Of a stretch of 64,000 nt of DNA, positions 13,098 through 25,161 are shown one piece after another (position 1 is the first letter of the stretch; every line of letters begins with the position of its first letter). The position numbers and the translations under genes were made by a program. The DNA is from Felis catus. Taxonomy: Eukaryota. The DNA lies in assembly GCF_018350175.1 (NCBI RefSeq), contig NC_058368.1, forward strand, positions 130,388,001 through 130,452,000. The letters run 5' to 3'. The notes under the pieces are model-generated. The model saw only the letters and a program-made list of their open reading frames with translations, did not search any database and was not told the origin of the DNA.

Positions 13098-14269
13098 ATG
13101 TAAGAATCCACTTGTAAAAAGTTCTAGAAAATATAAACTGATCTCTAGTGACAGGAATTAGATCAGTAACTAGCTGGAAATACAGGGTGAGAAGTGGTCT
13201 GTTGGGGATGGGAGGGAGCAGGAAAGGTTTACGAAGGGACCTGAGGAAACTTTTGGGGGTGAGAGATATGTTTATTATCTTGATACAGTGATGGTTTCGT
13301 GTGTGTATAAATATATCAGAATTTAGCAAAGTGTGCCCTTTATATATGTGTGCTTTATTGTATGTCAATTATACATCGATTAAAATGTTTAAAAAGTCAT
13401 TTCTGGTGACTAGGATTGAGTTTGGAATGGAATTAAGTGAGGGCTGCTGATACAATAACCTAGAATCTATTTTCCTTCTTTTATCAGTGTTTCAGTTTCT
13501 TATTTTCTGAGGAAACAAAAGAGAAAACATTGCACTTCATTAAATTCTTGGAAATTAGATCTCAAGTGAATTTAAATGAGCTCACATTAATCTCCATTGG
13601 GCACTTTTGCCATTGTCCACTTATGGCACCTTTATCCTAGCATTTTGCTCTAGTTGGGTTCTGTTCTCCCTTTTGTCAAGCCCAGTAATGGGAAGTCCAC
13701 TTGGAATTACATTTGTATCAATTGCCTCATTTTCCGTAAGAAACATTTTCCAATGTGCTCTTACATTCTTAGATGTGATTCGCTTGGTCAAAACTTTGCC
13801 CTAACCAGTGCCTCCTTATGACAGCTACTTTTTCTCTGCTGTGAGGCAGACGAAGCTAACTAGCTTTCTGTCGAGGCGAGATAAGAGATGAAAATAAACA
13901 TCTACTTTTTCTTGACCCGGCCTGATAGTACTGGGTCACCTATATACATTCATGGTCTTTGCAAAAGGTCTTGTGTGATTTGATGATTTATGATTGGTGA
14001 AAAGGAGGCAACAAAAGGGAATTAAAACTTTGTAGTGTTTTATATTGTTGAACAGTTTCTTCTTAAAACCTTTAATGACTAAAGTCTTTTCGTTTTCTGC
14101 TTTCCCTAGCTAGTCATTTCTAGTTTCTTTTCGTGCTCCTCTTTGATCATTATTTTTCTTTGTTTTAACAGTACTGCTGTACTTTTACTTTGGATGACAT
14201 CATCTAAATGATCTAAATTAATGGCTTCAAGCACAGCTTGAAGCCTACTTTCACACTGCCAGGCTTGTG

Positions 14270-15147
14270 ATACCCCTTTGGATGGGCTCTGGCCAAGGAC
14301 ATATTGGAGAAGGACGTCCACAGGAGGGCACTGGTGCAGGGCACACTATGCCAGCAAGGTGGATGGGTCTGCTGTGGCAGGGTTGGGGGGGGGGGACCTG
14401 CAAACAAGGTCCGGCTGTAGGAGCTCGATCACACAATGTGTGGCAGGGTGCGTAGTTCGCAGGTTAGGTGGAGAGCGTTGGTGCTGGACAGGGTCCTCTA
14501 ATTGTTCCTATATCTAGGCTGGGGGGTGAGGGAGGGAAATGGTGCCTGCCACGTGTTTTGTTCTTGGAGAGGTTTCCCAATAATCGCGACCTCTCCAGCA
14601 CATGCTTTGAGATTAATATAACAAATCTCCCTTCTGTATATCTCAATTGTTTTTCAAACTGCTGCTTCTATGCTTTATCTCCACGGGACTCTTGGTTGTG
14701 CTGCATTTTTAAGGCCAGGGACTCATTTGCCTATTTCTCTCCCAAAGCCCAAGTCCACTGATTTTTAAAGTTCCAGATGTTAAACCCCACTGATGTAAGA
14801 ACTCATGAAATTGTTCCCCTGTATTTTTCTAAGCCAAATGTAATGGCAATTTATCTTTCTTGTGCCCAAAGTGCCTGGCGTGAAGTTCTGTTTTTTTCCC
14901 CTTTCAGTGTCCTTGTTTTCCTTCCCTCCTGCAGACCGTCCCATGAGGCTGTTACAGTCCCAACTGCGTTTCTGCCCTTCCTACCATTGATGTGGCCTCT
15001 TCTCTCCATTGAGCTGTGAGGAATCTGTTATCCCCATCTTTGTGTTGTTTTCTGGGTTATTTGCACTTATGTGGGTGTTATCTAGTTGTATCTGTGGGAT
15101 TAGGTGAGCATAGGATCTTCTTACTCTGCCATCTTCCTCAGAAGTCT
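14270..15147 (-). mobile_element. Isolated 5'UTR of a carnivore/laurasiatherian L1 (or HAL1)
   Basis: Minus strand begins GACTTCTGAGGAAGATGGCAGAGTAAGAAGATCCTATGCTCACC...CCCACAGATACAACTAGATAACA, with a YY1-type AAGATGGC at 15128-15135. Left boundary is approximate. Confidence 0.7.
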
Positions 15148-16265
15148 CCAACAAAGAACTGTTATTCCCAGAATTTGTAAAGAACTTCTACAAGTTAATG
15201 CGGCGCCTGGGTGGCGCAGTCGGTTAAGCGTCCGACTTCAGCCAGGTCACGATCTCGCGGTCCGTGATCTCGCGGTCCGTGAGTTCGAGCCCCGCGTCAG
15301 GCTCTGGGCTGATGGCTCGGAGCCTGGAGCCTGTTTCCGATTCTGTGTCTCTCTCTCTCTCTCTGCCCCTCCCCCGTTCATGCTGTGTCTCTCTCTGTCC
15401 CAAAAATAAATAAACGTTGAAAAAGAACTTCTACAAGTTAATAATAATAGTAATAATTAAAAAAATTATAGATAATCCAATGGAACAAAAAAGGTACCAG
15501 GAGCTTCACAAAAGAAGATATCCAAATGTCAGTAAACATATAAAAGGATCATTTACTTTATAAGTCATTAAGAAAACGAAAATCAAAACTAGAATGATAT
15601 GTCACTGCACAACTAAATTTATTTAAATAAAGAAGACAGAAAATACTAAACATATATGGAGCAATTGGAAATCTCCTATGTTGTGATAGGGGTATAAATC
15701 AGTACAATCAGTTTGTGAAATTGGCAGTGTGTATTAAAACTAAAACATCCATTCCTCTTATCTTGTAATTATACTTGTAGGTATATACCCAATGGAAGTA
15801 AGTATAGATTTTCACCCAGTGGCATGCACATGAATTTTCATAGCAGTACTTTTGGTAAAAGCCAAGAAACGTGAATTACCCAAATGTCCTCCATCCATAG
15901 AATGGATAAGTAAATTATTGTATGAAGTGGATAAATTGTGGGAATCTATAGAGCACAAGGTTGAATCATTTACAATAATTAAAGAAGCTCGATAGCAAAG
16001 ATGTACTCTATGATTCATTTTAAAGATACAAAGCCAGGCAAACTTAATTTATGCTATTTTGTCAGATGGTGGTTGTCTGGGATGAAGTGGGTCAAGGCAG
16101 TGACAGAAAGAGAGCATAAACATGCCTCCTGTGATGGTGTAATATTCTGTTTCTTGATCCGTGTGTTATTTACATGAGTTTGTTCAGTTTGTAAAAATTT
16201 GTTGAGTTTATGCTTATGATTTACATACTTTATTACATTTATTTTTCTAGAAATATTTAAAAAAA
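15148..16265 (+). mobile_element. Old L1 (L1ME/L1MB-like) 3' portion, interrupted by a SINE
   Basis: TTCACAAAAGAAGATATCCAAATG, CAAATGTCCTCCATCCATAGAATGGATAAGTAAATT, TATTCTGTTTCTTGATC. Confidence 0.75.
15200..15421 (+). mobile_element. Young felid CAN-SINE with internal 15-bp tandem duplication
   Basis: CpG-rich body, GATCTCGCGGTCCGT x2 at 15251-15280, 21-bp TSD AAAGAACTTCTACAAGTTAAT. Confidence 0.97.
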
Positions 16266-16482
16266 CTCTTCGTGGTAATCTACCTAATATCTATGTGATT
16301 GGAAGAGGGAAATATTTTCAACCTACCACTTCTGCAATATTACCAAAAGCTGTAGCACCCCTTGGGCACCTCTTTCCATGTTGGCTTATTCCAGCTCTTT
16401 GGGACAAAGAATAGAATATATTAGTGGTTTCTAAACTTGCCTGTGTATCAAAAACCTTGGGTAGACCTGTGGAGTCTATTAA

Positions 16483-16511
16483 TAACAACAACAACAACAA
16501 CAACAACAACA
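16483..16511. repeat. (AAC)n microsatellite
   Basis: AACAACAAC run seen directly, within a probable MER5-like relic. Confidence 0.9.
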
Positions 16512-16698
16512 AAACACCCTTTTTCAGGAACACTTCATATACAGATAAATTTGGAGATCTAGGGGAAACTACTCTAAAGAATCCCAGAGAGATTCATGAG
16601 ACATAATGTTAATTTATAATTACATGGGTATAATTTTGACAAAATTCTGACCTCGGTTATTTCATGCCCTTTTTTTTTTCCTGAGAGAATCCATATTA

Positions 16699-16917
16699 TT
16701 TCTTTTTTTTTTTTCAACGTTTATTTATTTTTGGGACAGAGAGAGACAGAGCATGAACGGGCGAGGGGCAGAGAGAGAGGGAGACACAGAATCGGAAACA
16801 GGCTCCAGGCTCCGAGCCATCAGCCCAGAGCCTGACGCGGGGCTCGAACTCACGGACCGCAAGATCGTGACCTGGCTGAAGTCGGACGCTTAACCGACTG
16901 CGCCACCCAGGCGCCCT
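16699..16917 (-). mobile_element. Young felid CAN-SINE
   Basis: Full body with TSD GAGAATCCATATTA. Confidence 0.97.
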
Positions 16918-17019
16918 GAGAATCCATATTAAATAGATAAAACTTAACTTGTTTTGCTAGCATCATCCTAATAAGTCAGATCCTTATTTTTAGAAAAAAT
17001 TTCTAAATTAACAAAATTA

Positions 17020-17166
17020 AATTGCATAATCTCTTCAGACCATGGTTCCTACATCTATATAATTGGAGGATAATATCTATCTCACATAGTTGTTATAAGA
17101 AGTAAATGGAGACTATGGTAAAGCACTTAGTGTAGTAGTTTTTGGTACATAAGTTTGTTGAATGAA
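17020..17166 (+). mobile_element. MIR
   Basis: TTCCTACATCTATATAATTGGAGGATAATATCTATCTCACATAGTTGTT...GTAAAGCACTTAG core. Confidence 0.65.
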
Positions 17167-18000
17167 TTTCATGGATCTCTGTAAGAATAAAAAAGGCATT
17201 TCTCAGTCACTTCAGAGATATTTTTTCATAGTACTATAATTGGAGTCCCAAAATGATACACTAGCTTCAGGCACGTTTTCAAGCTGCTTATTCCAGCCAT
17301 GGTATTATGGTAATGAATTTGCACTCATCAGCCATGATCTCTTCATGTTCCTGTTTTGGATTATCACTACGCTTTTATAAAATGCCTGGCATTTTAGTGT
17401 TAGGGGAAATTCCAGTGTCTGTGAAAATGAGCAAAACCAGGCTTTTCTAGTACAAAATTAAATCTCCTCTCTATTCTTTATTGGCATCATGATTTAACCA
17501 ATGAGCCAACCAGCCACAGGGAATTAATTTAACAACAACCATGTAATTGGTATGAAATGGTCCACTAATTCAGTCGACCAGTTTGGTCACATCTCTTTAA
17601 TTTTTTCAATTAATCACTTCAGTACCCATCTTCCTTATTTATCACGAAACCTAGAATCTCCCTCTTGGGGTTTCCCCTTACCCTGAATTTGCCTAAGAAC
17701 TTCAGAATCTCACACAGCCACAAAGCAATTCACATTTTTGCACCAACAAGTAAGAATCTTAGGGTCTTAGCAGTCTATGGCCGTGATACCTGTTGTCACA
17801 TGGTGGGTGTGACTTCTGAGTTTAGTCCTGCTGTTGTGAAATTAGCATGGAATCACTGATACCATGATAGCTACATAATCCAGAGTCCTGCAGAGGCTAT
17901 TGTGTTCTTTGAAGGTGGGTAATCCTTTAGTGCTAAATTTAGTTAAGAGTGCCCCTGGGTTCCTCAAATTGTCTGATTTTTAGTGTCCACATATTTCAGC

Positions 18001-18075
18001 TCTGTTATAAGCTACTCTCATGGTAGTTTCTTCTGGTAGTTTCTGTTATAAGCTACTCTCATGGTTTCTGGTAGT
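18001..18075. repeat. Local tandem duplication (~41-bp period)
   Basis: TCTGTTATAAGCTACTCTCATGGT at 18001-18024 and 18042-18065, each followed by TTCTGGTAGT. Confidence 0.9.
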
Positions 18076-18596
18076 GCTGAGACAAGATTCTACCTCTGTT
18101 GCATGGCTGATATGAATTCAATCAGGGATAGATTTGCCTGCAACAGATAAGAGCTAAAAGGGAGATTATCAGAGCTCAGAGTGTTACACTTTCATCATCA
18201 GTTATTTAAATTATAGAAGATACACTTTCATTAAATTTTGTCAGAAAATTATTTGAGAATGTAAATGCATATTCATTTTTATGATACCTATGCACAAAAG
18301 TGCTCATATCACTCATCAATCACTTGTCTTGTTTATTTCTTAAATACTCATTTATCTTTCCATTACTTATGTGATTTAAGTTAACCAAGCTGGTTATGGG
18401 TTTATATTGTGGATTGTGCTGTAAGTAATAATATACTTAACACTAATCATTATTACAACAACTTGTGTAAACTCTGTACTTCCTATTGGTTTATTGCTTT
18501 CTAGTCCTTTTGCATAACATAGTAATACATGCTTTAAAAAACGCATCTACTTACACAGATATCTATGACAAAATGTTCCTAAAATGTTATATTCCC

Positions 18597-18817
18597 GGGG
18601 CACTTGGGCGGCTCAGTCAGTTGGGTGTCTGACTTCAGCTCAGGTCATGATCTCACAGTTGGTGGGTTTGAGCCCCGAATCGGGTTCTCTGCTGAAAGCT
18701 CAGAGCCTGGAGCCTGCTTTCGATTCTCTGTCTCCTTCTGTCTCTGCCACTCCCCCACTCACGCTCTGTCTCTTTCTCTCAAAAATAAATAAATATTTAA
18801 AAATGAAATAAAATAAA
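18597..18817 (+). mobile_element. CAN-SINE
   Basis: GGGGCACTTGGGCGGCTCAGTC...(CT)n...AAAAATAAATAAA with degenerate TSD. Confidence 0.95.
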
Positions 18818-19199
18818 GTGTATATATCCTGTTTAAGACTAATTGTTTTTCTTCCTTTTTATGTCAGTATGCTAATTCTCTAGAAGGTATTTGTTTGTTC
18901 ATCTGTCACATTTTTAGGGTATTGTGAGATACCTAGAAAATTAAAATTTGACAAGAATATATTTAATAATTTAATAATAAATAATTTAATAATTTATGTT
19001 TGTATTTATTTAAACTTAAGAAAAATCCAGTGTGCATGTTTTGTTGTATAGGGGTATTTTAAAACACATTTTTGTCTAATTTTAGGTTTCATGAATATCT
19101 CAAAGTGAAGGAGTAGTAGGTATAATTAACCATAATTAACAATCACTTGTTAAATGCTGCTAAAACCTTTTTTGGTGTTTTACTATAGCGCTTTGTCTT

Positions 19200-19566
19200 T
19201 CCAGCAGTGATGACTGATAACATTCATGGAGAATTGCCAAGGAACTGTACACAGCCGAGTCTTGGTGTGCAGGGTTTTTATTGGGGATCAGTCATGTGGG
19301 CAAGGCTGACTGCCTGCATGGCTGATGTTAATATCCAGACCATTCAAGGGGTCAAGCATAGTTCAAGATCCACGACATAAGTAGCGTTGCTATTGTAGAC
19401 TATCTAGAGTAGCCCAAGTTTCCCACTTAAGCAGAAATACTCCTTCCAGATAGAATATTCCAAGGGAACAGAGGGCACCTTTTAGGGTCTGGGCAAGGGA
19501 AAAACCTTCCTTTGAAATGTTAAGGATTTAGATAACCCAGATTTGCTGTTAATCCTTCATTACACA
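19200..19566 (-). mobile_element. MER21-like ERVL LTR fragment
   Basis: GGTTTTTATTGGGGATCAGTCATG, GACTATCT...GCCCAAG, ATATTCCAAGGG and TTAATCCTTCATTACACA end. Confidence 0.65.
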
Positions 19567-20295
19567 GTTGTACTTCTGTGTTGAAAATGAAATACTGTAA
19601 TGACTGTGTAACAAATCCTTTTGCAAGTCATGCAGTGTCCATTTTTTTTCCTGTAAATAATTGTGAGCTGATAGATTATTAAAACCATTGTGATGGTTGA
19701 TGACAATGTAACACATCTTTTTGCAAGTAATATGGTTTCTGCTTTTTTTTCTTTTAAACAATTTAAATAACTTTAAGCTCGTAGATCACTAAAAATGTTT
19801 CTAACATCAGTATGTGGTTCTCAGCATGAAACTCTTTCTATTCAATTTAATTTTTATGTATGTAAAAATTTTCATGTTTATTTATGCAATATGAAATATC
19901 AGAATAGATCTCATCTTGAACCTGTTTTATCTAATAATGGATGGTACTCACCAAATGGATACATGGACTGATTTTTAAAGTCTCATTCATCTTATCAAAA
20001 GTGCGTGACCAATACAATTTTAATTTTATACGTATTAATATTTATTAATAATTTTATTTTAATCATATAGTGTGATTACAATTTCAGAGTATTTTTAACC
20101 CTTAGACTATTATGGCTGTAGAAAATAAAAAAATAAATTTTGATTACAAATAAACATGTTAGAATCATTAGTAAAATATTTACAATTTTAACCGTAATGG
20201 GTAAATTTTGTGCTGGAAGTGGAATGAAAATATCAATTCAAGGAGGAAAATGAATAATTAAAATCTCTTATAAGAGTTTGTTTATATAACTTTTT

Positions 20296-20504
20296 AAAAA
20301 ATTTTTAATGTTTATTTATTTTTGAGAGAGAGACACAGTGTGAGCAGGGGAGGACAGAGAGAGAGGGAGACGCAGAATCCAAATTAGGCTCCAGGCTCTG
20401 AGCTGTTAGCACAGAGCCTGACACGGGACTTGAACTCATGAACCATGAGATCATGACCTGAGCCGAAGTCAGACACTTAACTAATTGAGCCACCCAGGTG
20501 CTCC
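20296..20504 (-). mobile_element. CAN-SINE
   Basis: Full body with TSD TGTTTATATAA(C/T)TTTT. Confidence 0.95.
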
Positions 20505-20577
20505 TGTTTATATAATTTTTAAATGGATGACAGTGGGTATCACATTATGACACTATTTGGATTATATTAGATACATT

Positions 20578-20794
20578 AAAAAATTTTTTTAATGTTTATT
20601 TATTTTTGAGAGACAGAGAGGCACAGAGTGTGAGCGGGGGAGGGGCAGAGAGCAAGAAAGACACAGAGTCTGAAGAGGCTCCAGGCTCTGAGCTGTCAGC
20701 ACAGAGCCTGATGCGGGACTTGAACTCACAAGCCACAAGATCATGACCTGAGCCGAAGTCGGACGCTTAACCGACTGAGCCACCCAGGTGTCCC
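20578..20794 (-). mobile_element. CAN-SINE
   Basis: Full body with 20-bp TSD TGGATTATATTAGATACATT. Confidence 0.97.
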
Positions 20795-20876
20795 TGGATT
20801 ATATTAGATACATTTAAAAGAGGTATATAACAATTTTATTTTAAAATATAAGTAATTATAACATGCCATAAATGAC

Positions 20877-21423
20877 TGTTGGGAGACACTTCTCTATAAA
20901 TCTCGTATTTCTACATGTCTAGGCATTGCCAGCTAAGTGCTCCACACGTATTTTTCAGAAATGTTTGTATAAGCAGGTGCCTTAGAAAGATGGAACCAGT
21001 CTCTCTGGTGCAAATTTATTTATATTCCCAGCATTAAAGATGGAAGCATCTGCCCCTTTCCCCCAGAGATACTTGCTTATATTCCAGAGTAGTAAGGACA
21101 ACACCTCTCTCCAGAGGAAATTGCGAGCAGATTTTCCAGTAGCCCTGATAGAAAATAAGAGTCTCCAAATCTAAGGATTCCCCCCCCTTGTAATGCATCC
21201 CCAGTGTGTGTGCAGGCACTATCTGGCCCTGGTCACATTACCATATAGAAACTGGGGCTGGGGGTCCGTGGCTAGATCATACTATTGCTGAACGTTAGTA
21301 AGCTGTCTAGATCCATTTGGACTCCTTATTTCCTTACTGAATTTGTGGAAGGAAGTATGGCAAGCCAACCTTGCAGCTGCAAACATAGTACAGTTTAGGT
21401 AGTTACTGCTTGACTCCTTGGCA
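20877..21423 (+). mobile_element. ERVL solo LTR (MER76/MER77-like)
   Basis: Starts TGTTGGGAGACA, ends CA, 5-bp TSD ATGAC/GTGAC. Confidence 0.75.
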
Positions 21424-21699
21424 GTGACATACTTTGAGAATATTTAAATATATGAAACAATTTAGAAGTGAACCTAAGCATCGAAACAAAAACTTTTTCC
21501 ATATTTTTAGCTCCTATAAAAGTGCTTGGCATACATAGGGCACGAAAATGTATTTACTAAATGAATGATGGAAAAAATAAATAATTGAATTAATGAATGC
21601 AAAATTTTATAATCCATTTCTTCTCCAGACTTCTGTGGACTGGAAAGCATGCTTAAATATGTTGATTATATCTAAGGGGAAAAGAAAATTTAAGAATTT

Positions 21700-22060
21700 A
21701 TTTCCATTCATTTGTACGTTTTTTTAAAAAAATATTTATTAAATTTCTACTTTATGCTAACTATTTAATGCATACTGGGAAACAAAGGTGAGGAAGAAAC
21801 AATCCTTTTTTTTTTTAAGGAATCCTGGTGAAAAAATGCACAAATATGATGCAATAACTGTTCAAATGAAAGAATATACAAAATACCAGGTGACTGCAGA
21901 GTTTAGAATGTCTTATTTTTTGCCTGAGAGACCTCTCCAAAGAGGTGATACTTTGAGCTGACTCTTGAATTAGAGGTACAAGTTTGTCAGGATGTACATA
22001 CTAATAAGAAAGTCCAAAGGAGTGAGACATTGCAAGATCTTAGTAGGGATGAGGCATATT
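21700..22060 (-). mobile_element. L2 fragment
   Basis: TTCCATTCATT...AAATATTTATTAAA...AGAGGTGATACTTTGAGCTGACTCTTGAA. Confidence 0.55.
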
Positions 22061-22119
22061 TTTATATAATTTTAAGTGAAGAACTAAATAATTTTCAGCA
22101 TATTAAAATGTTACACCAA

Positions 22120-22213
22120 TCCTCTGAGTAATATATGGAATTGTTAAATCACTATATTGTACATGTGAAACTAATAAAGTATTGTATGTTAACTACATTG
22201 GAATTAAAACTTT
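22120..22213 (+). mobile_element. Severely 5'-truncated carnivore L1 (3' tip)
   Basis: GAATTGTTAAATCACTATATTGTACATGTGAAACTAATA...GTATGTTAACTAC with TSD AAAATGTTACACCAA/AAAATATGACACCAA. Confidence 0.8.
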
Positions 22214-22298
22214 AAAATATGACACCAACAATATTAACCAAATTATGATGGATTGATTGAAAATCTAAAACTCTCATAAATAATTATTGTGCTTGATT

Positions 22299-22507
22299 AA
22301 AATTTTTTTTAATGTTTATTTATTTTTAAGAGAGAGACAGAGTGTGAGTGGGGCTGGGGCAGAGACACAGGGAGACACAGAATCTGAAGCAGGCTCCAGG
22401 CTCTGAGCTGTCAGCACAGAGCTGGATGCGGGGCTTGAACTCATGAACCGTAAAATCATGACCTGAGCCAAAGTCGGACATAAGCGACTGAGCCACCCAA
22501 GCTTCCC
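22299..22507 (-). mobile_element. CAN-SINE
   Basis: Full body with TSD TGT(G/C)CTTGATT. Confidence 0.95.
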
Positions 22508-24362
22508 TGTCCTTGATTTTTTGATAACTCATTTTTTGATAAACTATTGAAGAGATCAACTTCCAAGCTTTGGGTGTGACGACCTATGCTTCTTGAACAG
22601 AATGTGTTAATGTCATTCTACGTGTCAGTTTTTGCCTCTTGAGAAGTTTTGCAGGGGAACTCAGGTTGCATTGGAAAGATCTCAGAGTTAAGAAGCAGTC
22701 AGCCAAGTGAAATACATTCTAAGTCAAATGCGGACACTTTGGTAGAGCCAAAATAGATGCGTAGCTGTGAACTAAGTATTAATTTCTATAATTCCACCCG
22801 GATCCTCATTTTAGCTTAGAGCCAATGTTGACCTAAAACATTGTGCTACCTCAGACTTTATAACCCAAAAGGAAATTCTTTAAGAATGGAAGATACTTGA
22901 GGCAAGAAATATTACTTTAGACCTCTGGGTTTGTGTTGGCTTTTGTTAGAACGACATTTTTCATAACATTTTTCAAGGGCTCAGTAATGTCATTCTACCT
23001 AGCATTTAATTTTGATTTTCTGCAAAGACTTTAAGGTTACTTTTTTTAAAATATGAGTTTAACACAATAGTTATGTTGCATTCTGGCATCCTGACCTTTT
23101 AAAAACACGTCATTTCATTATGTTTCAGATATGTAAGTGATGTGATCTTTTATAGCTTTGCCCGAGGGAGAACTCATAATGAAGACAGGAGCCAGCTAGA
23201 GCTCATACCCTTTGAATCTCTGACATTCTTCTTTTCAGGTAAACTATACCTGTCAACAGAGATGAGGTTTTTTAGTTCCCAGCACCTGATATAATTATGC
23301 ATGCTGTTATACAGAGTGGAAGCAAAAATAAATTGCTAGGGTACAGGAAAAGATGAATCAGATCTAGTTCAATTTTTGTCCCGTTCCTATGGCTTTCCTA
23401 AGTGTCTCTTGATGGATGTGTTTCATACTGATTTCCTCCAATTCCACCTAAGCAAGGCCTATGTTGTCTACACAATGTATTTTGGAACTTGATTATTTAT
23501 TGTCCTGTAATAGAGATGTTTACGTCTATAACTTGTATCTCTACTTAGGCCACAATCCTTTAGTGGGAAAGAATTTTGCCTTCTACTTTTTAGTGTCCTC
23601 TTTAAACCGTTATATAATTTTCAGCATATAATAGATACTCTATACATTTTTATGTGATTAAATTTAGTTATCATATTTAAGAATTTATGGTAGCAGAAGA
23701 CCTGTGGAAGCGTCACTAACCTAGGGGTGCTAATTGGTCATGCTAGTGAACCATGCTAGCTGCATTCCCTGGCCAACCCTACCACACCTTCCTTCCTCTT
23801 CTCAGAGTAGCTGCACACTTTGCTTTCTTCTTTTACTTGCTGTTTAACACAGGGACATACTCCGGGCAGAAGAAAATGTGCTCTTTTCCTTTAGACAAGC
23901 TCAAAAGTGATGAAAAATACATCATAAAACATTACCAGTTGTTCAGGTTATATGAGGCAAATGAGATGCATTTCAGAATGCCAGATAAGAAGAGCTGTAT
24001 CAGTAAAACATTGCTGGTAGTAATGAAAATTATGGGCAAAGTGTTAAAAGTATAAGGAATAAGTCCTGGGCAGGAAAAGAAGGGCTTAAGTTGGAAATGA
24101 GGATAAAGAGAATTGGTCAGTAGTGAGACCAGGAAAATGGGAAAGATATTGAATAGAAGGTCTGCAGGGAGCATTTAGACTTGATAATGCAAAAATCCAG
24201 GTTAAATCTGACATAAGTTCCTCTACTTGCAAAACTTAGGGCAAAAAGTATCTTAAGTAGCTAGAGATGTTTTAGCTCATATGCCCTCTAAGGAATCCAG
24301 CTCTAAGAATACCAAATGCAAGTGGGCGTGACTAAATTTAGATCTTCCACATACTGGGCAGT

Positions 24363-24790
24363 GTATTAGTAAGATTAGGCTAATTGCTGTAACAAATAGA
24401 CCCCAATCTGTACAGTGGCTCAAACCAAAAGAGGTTTATTTCTTGTTAAGAGTACTGGGTGTTTACCAGGTTGCCATGTAACTATCCAAGGACCTGGTTG
24501 AAAGAGCCTCTGCCATCTTTAATTAGTGGCTACCAAAGTATCGACAGAGCTGGCAGCATCATCTATATTTCAGCCAGCCATAAGGGGAAAAAGGCAGAGG
24601 GAAACAAATGTGGGACATTTTAGGGTCAGGTCCTGAAGTGGCATATATTTCCACTGACATTTATAACAATGTCTGGAACTCAGTGACATTGGTCACACCT
24701 AAATGCTAGGTATTTAAGAAACTGGAAAATTCATGGCAGATGGTGGGGGAGGCACACCTACTCAGGGGAACAAAGGATGGGAACCCTGGA
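24363..24790 (-). mobile_element. MaLR LTR (MLT1J/K-like)
   Basis: TGTATTAGTAAGATTAGGCTAATTGCTGTAACAAATAGACCCC...CAGTGGCTCAAAC...GTTTATTTCTTG. Confidence 0.7.
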
Positions 24791-24884
24791 AACTTCCCAA
24801 GTTTGTTTTATTAGTGTACCTGTAACACTGTGTGGGTTGATGTATGTGTGTAATTATGTCAGGTCAACTATGCATAGATCCATC

Positions 24885-24930
24885 ACTTTTTTAAAATGTT
24901 TATTGTGAGAGAGAGAGACAGACAGAGGAC

Positions 24931-24998
<68 letters not shown>

Positions 24999-25161
24999 TG
25001 CACACATGAGGGGCAGAGAGAGGGATAGAGAGAATCCCAAGCAGGCTCCATGCTGTCAGTGCAGAGCCCAACATGGGGCTCGATCCCATGAATCATGAGA
25101 TCATGACCTGAATCAAAATCAAGAGTCAGATGCTTAACTGACTGAGCCACTCACGCACCCT
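24885..25161 (-). mobile_element. CAN-SINE with expanded (GA)n at ~24933-24995
   Basis: Body with TSD TGCATAGAT(C/G)CATC. Confidence 0.95.

Larger units (their letters stand above)
10935..13395 (+). mobile_element. Old L1 (L1MB/L1MD-like) ORF2 end + 3'UTR, interrupted by a SINE and an MLT1 provirus relic
   Basis: GATTTGAACAGACATTTTACCAAAGAAGATA, TTTGGAAAACGGTTTGGCAG and 3' end TTATTGTATGTCAATTATAC...AAAAA. Sequence resumes at 13098. Confidence 0.8.
19790..20870 (+). mobile_element. Possible hAT-Charlie transposon relic, interrupted by two SINEs
   Basis: AT-rich stretch with CAGAATAGATCTCATCTTGAACC and AAGTCTCATTCATCT, resembling a Charlie transposase C-terminus (..NRxDLE..SHSSH*). Confidence 0.35.

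Noticed and set aside
14223..14245. Perfect 10-bp inverted repeat GGCTTCAAGC-ACA-GCTTGAAGCC, and a 9-bp one at 7508-7533
   Set aside because: About this many are expected by chance in 64 kb. No ancestral reference or RNA-gene context is available to give them meaning.
14106..14321. Minus ORF with LEAIN..LDD faintly resembling the L1 ORF1 coiled coil
   Set aside because: The similarity is too short and does not extend in any frame.
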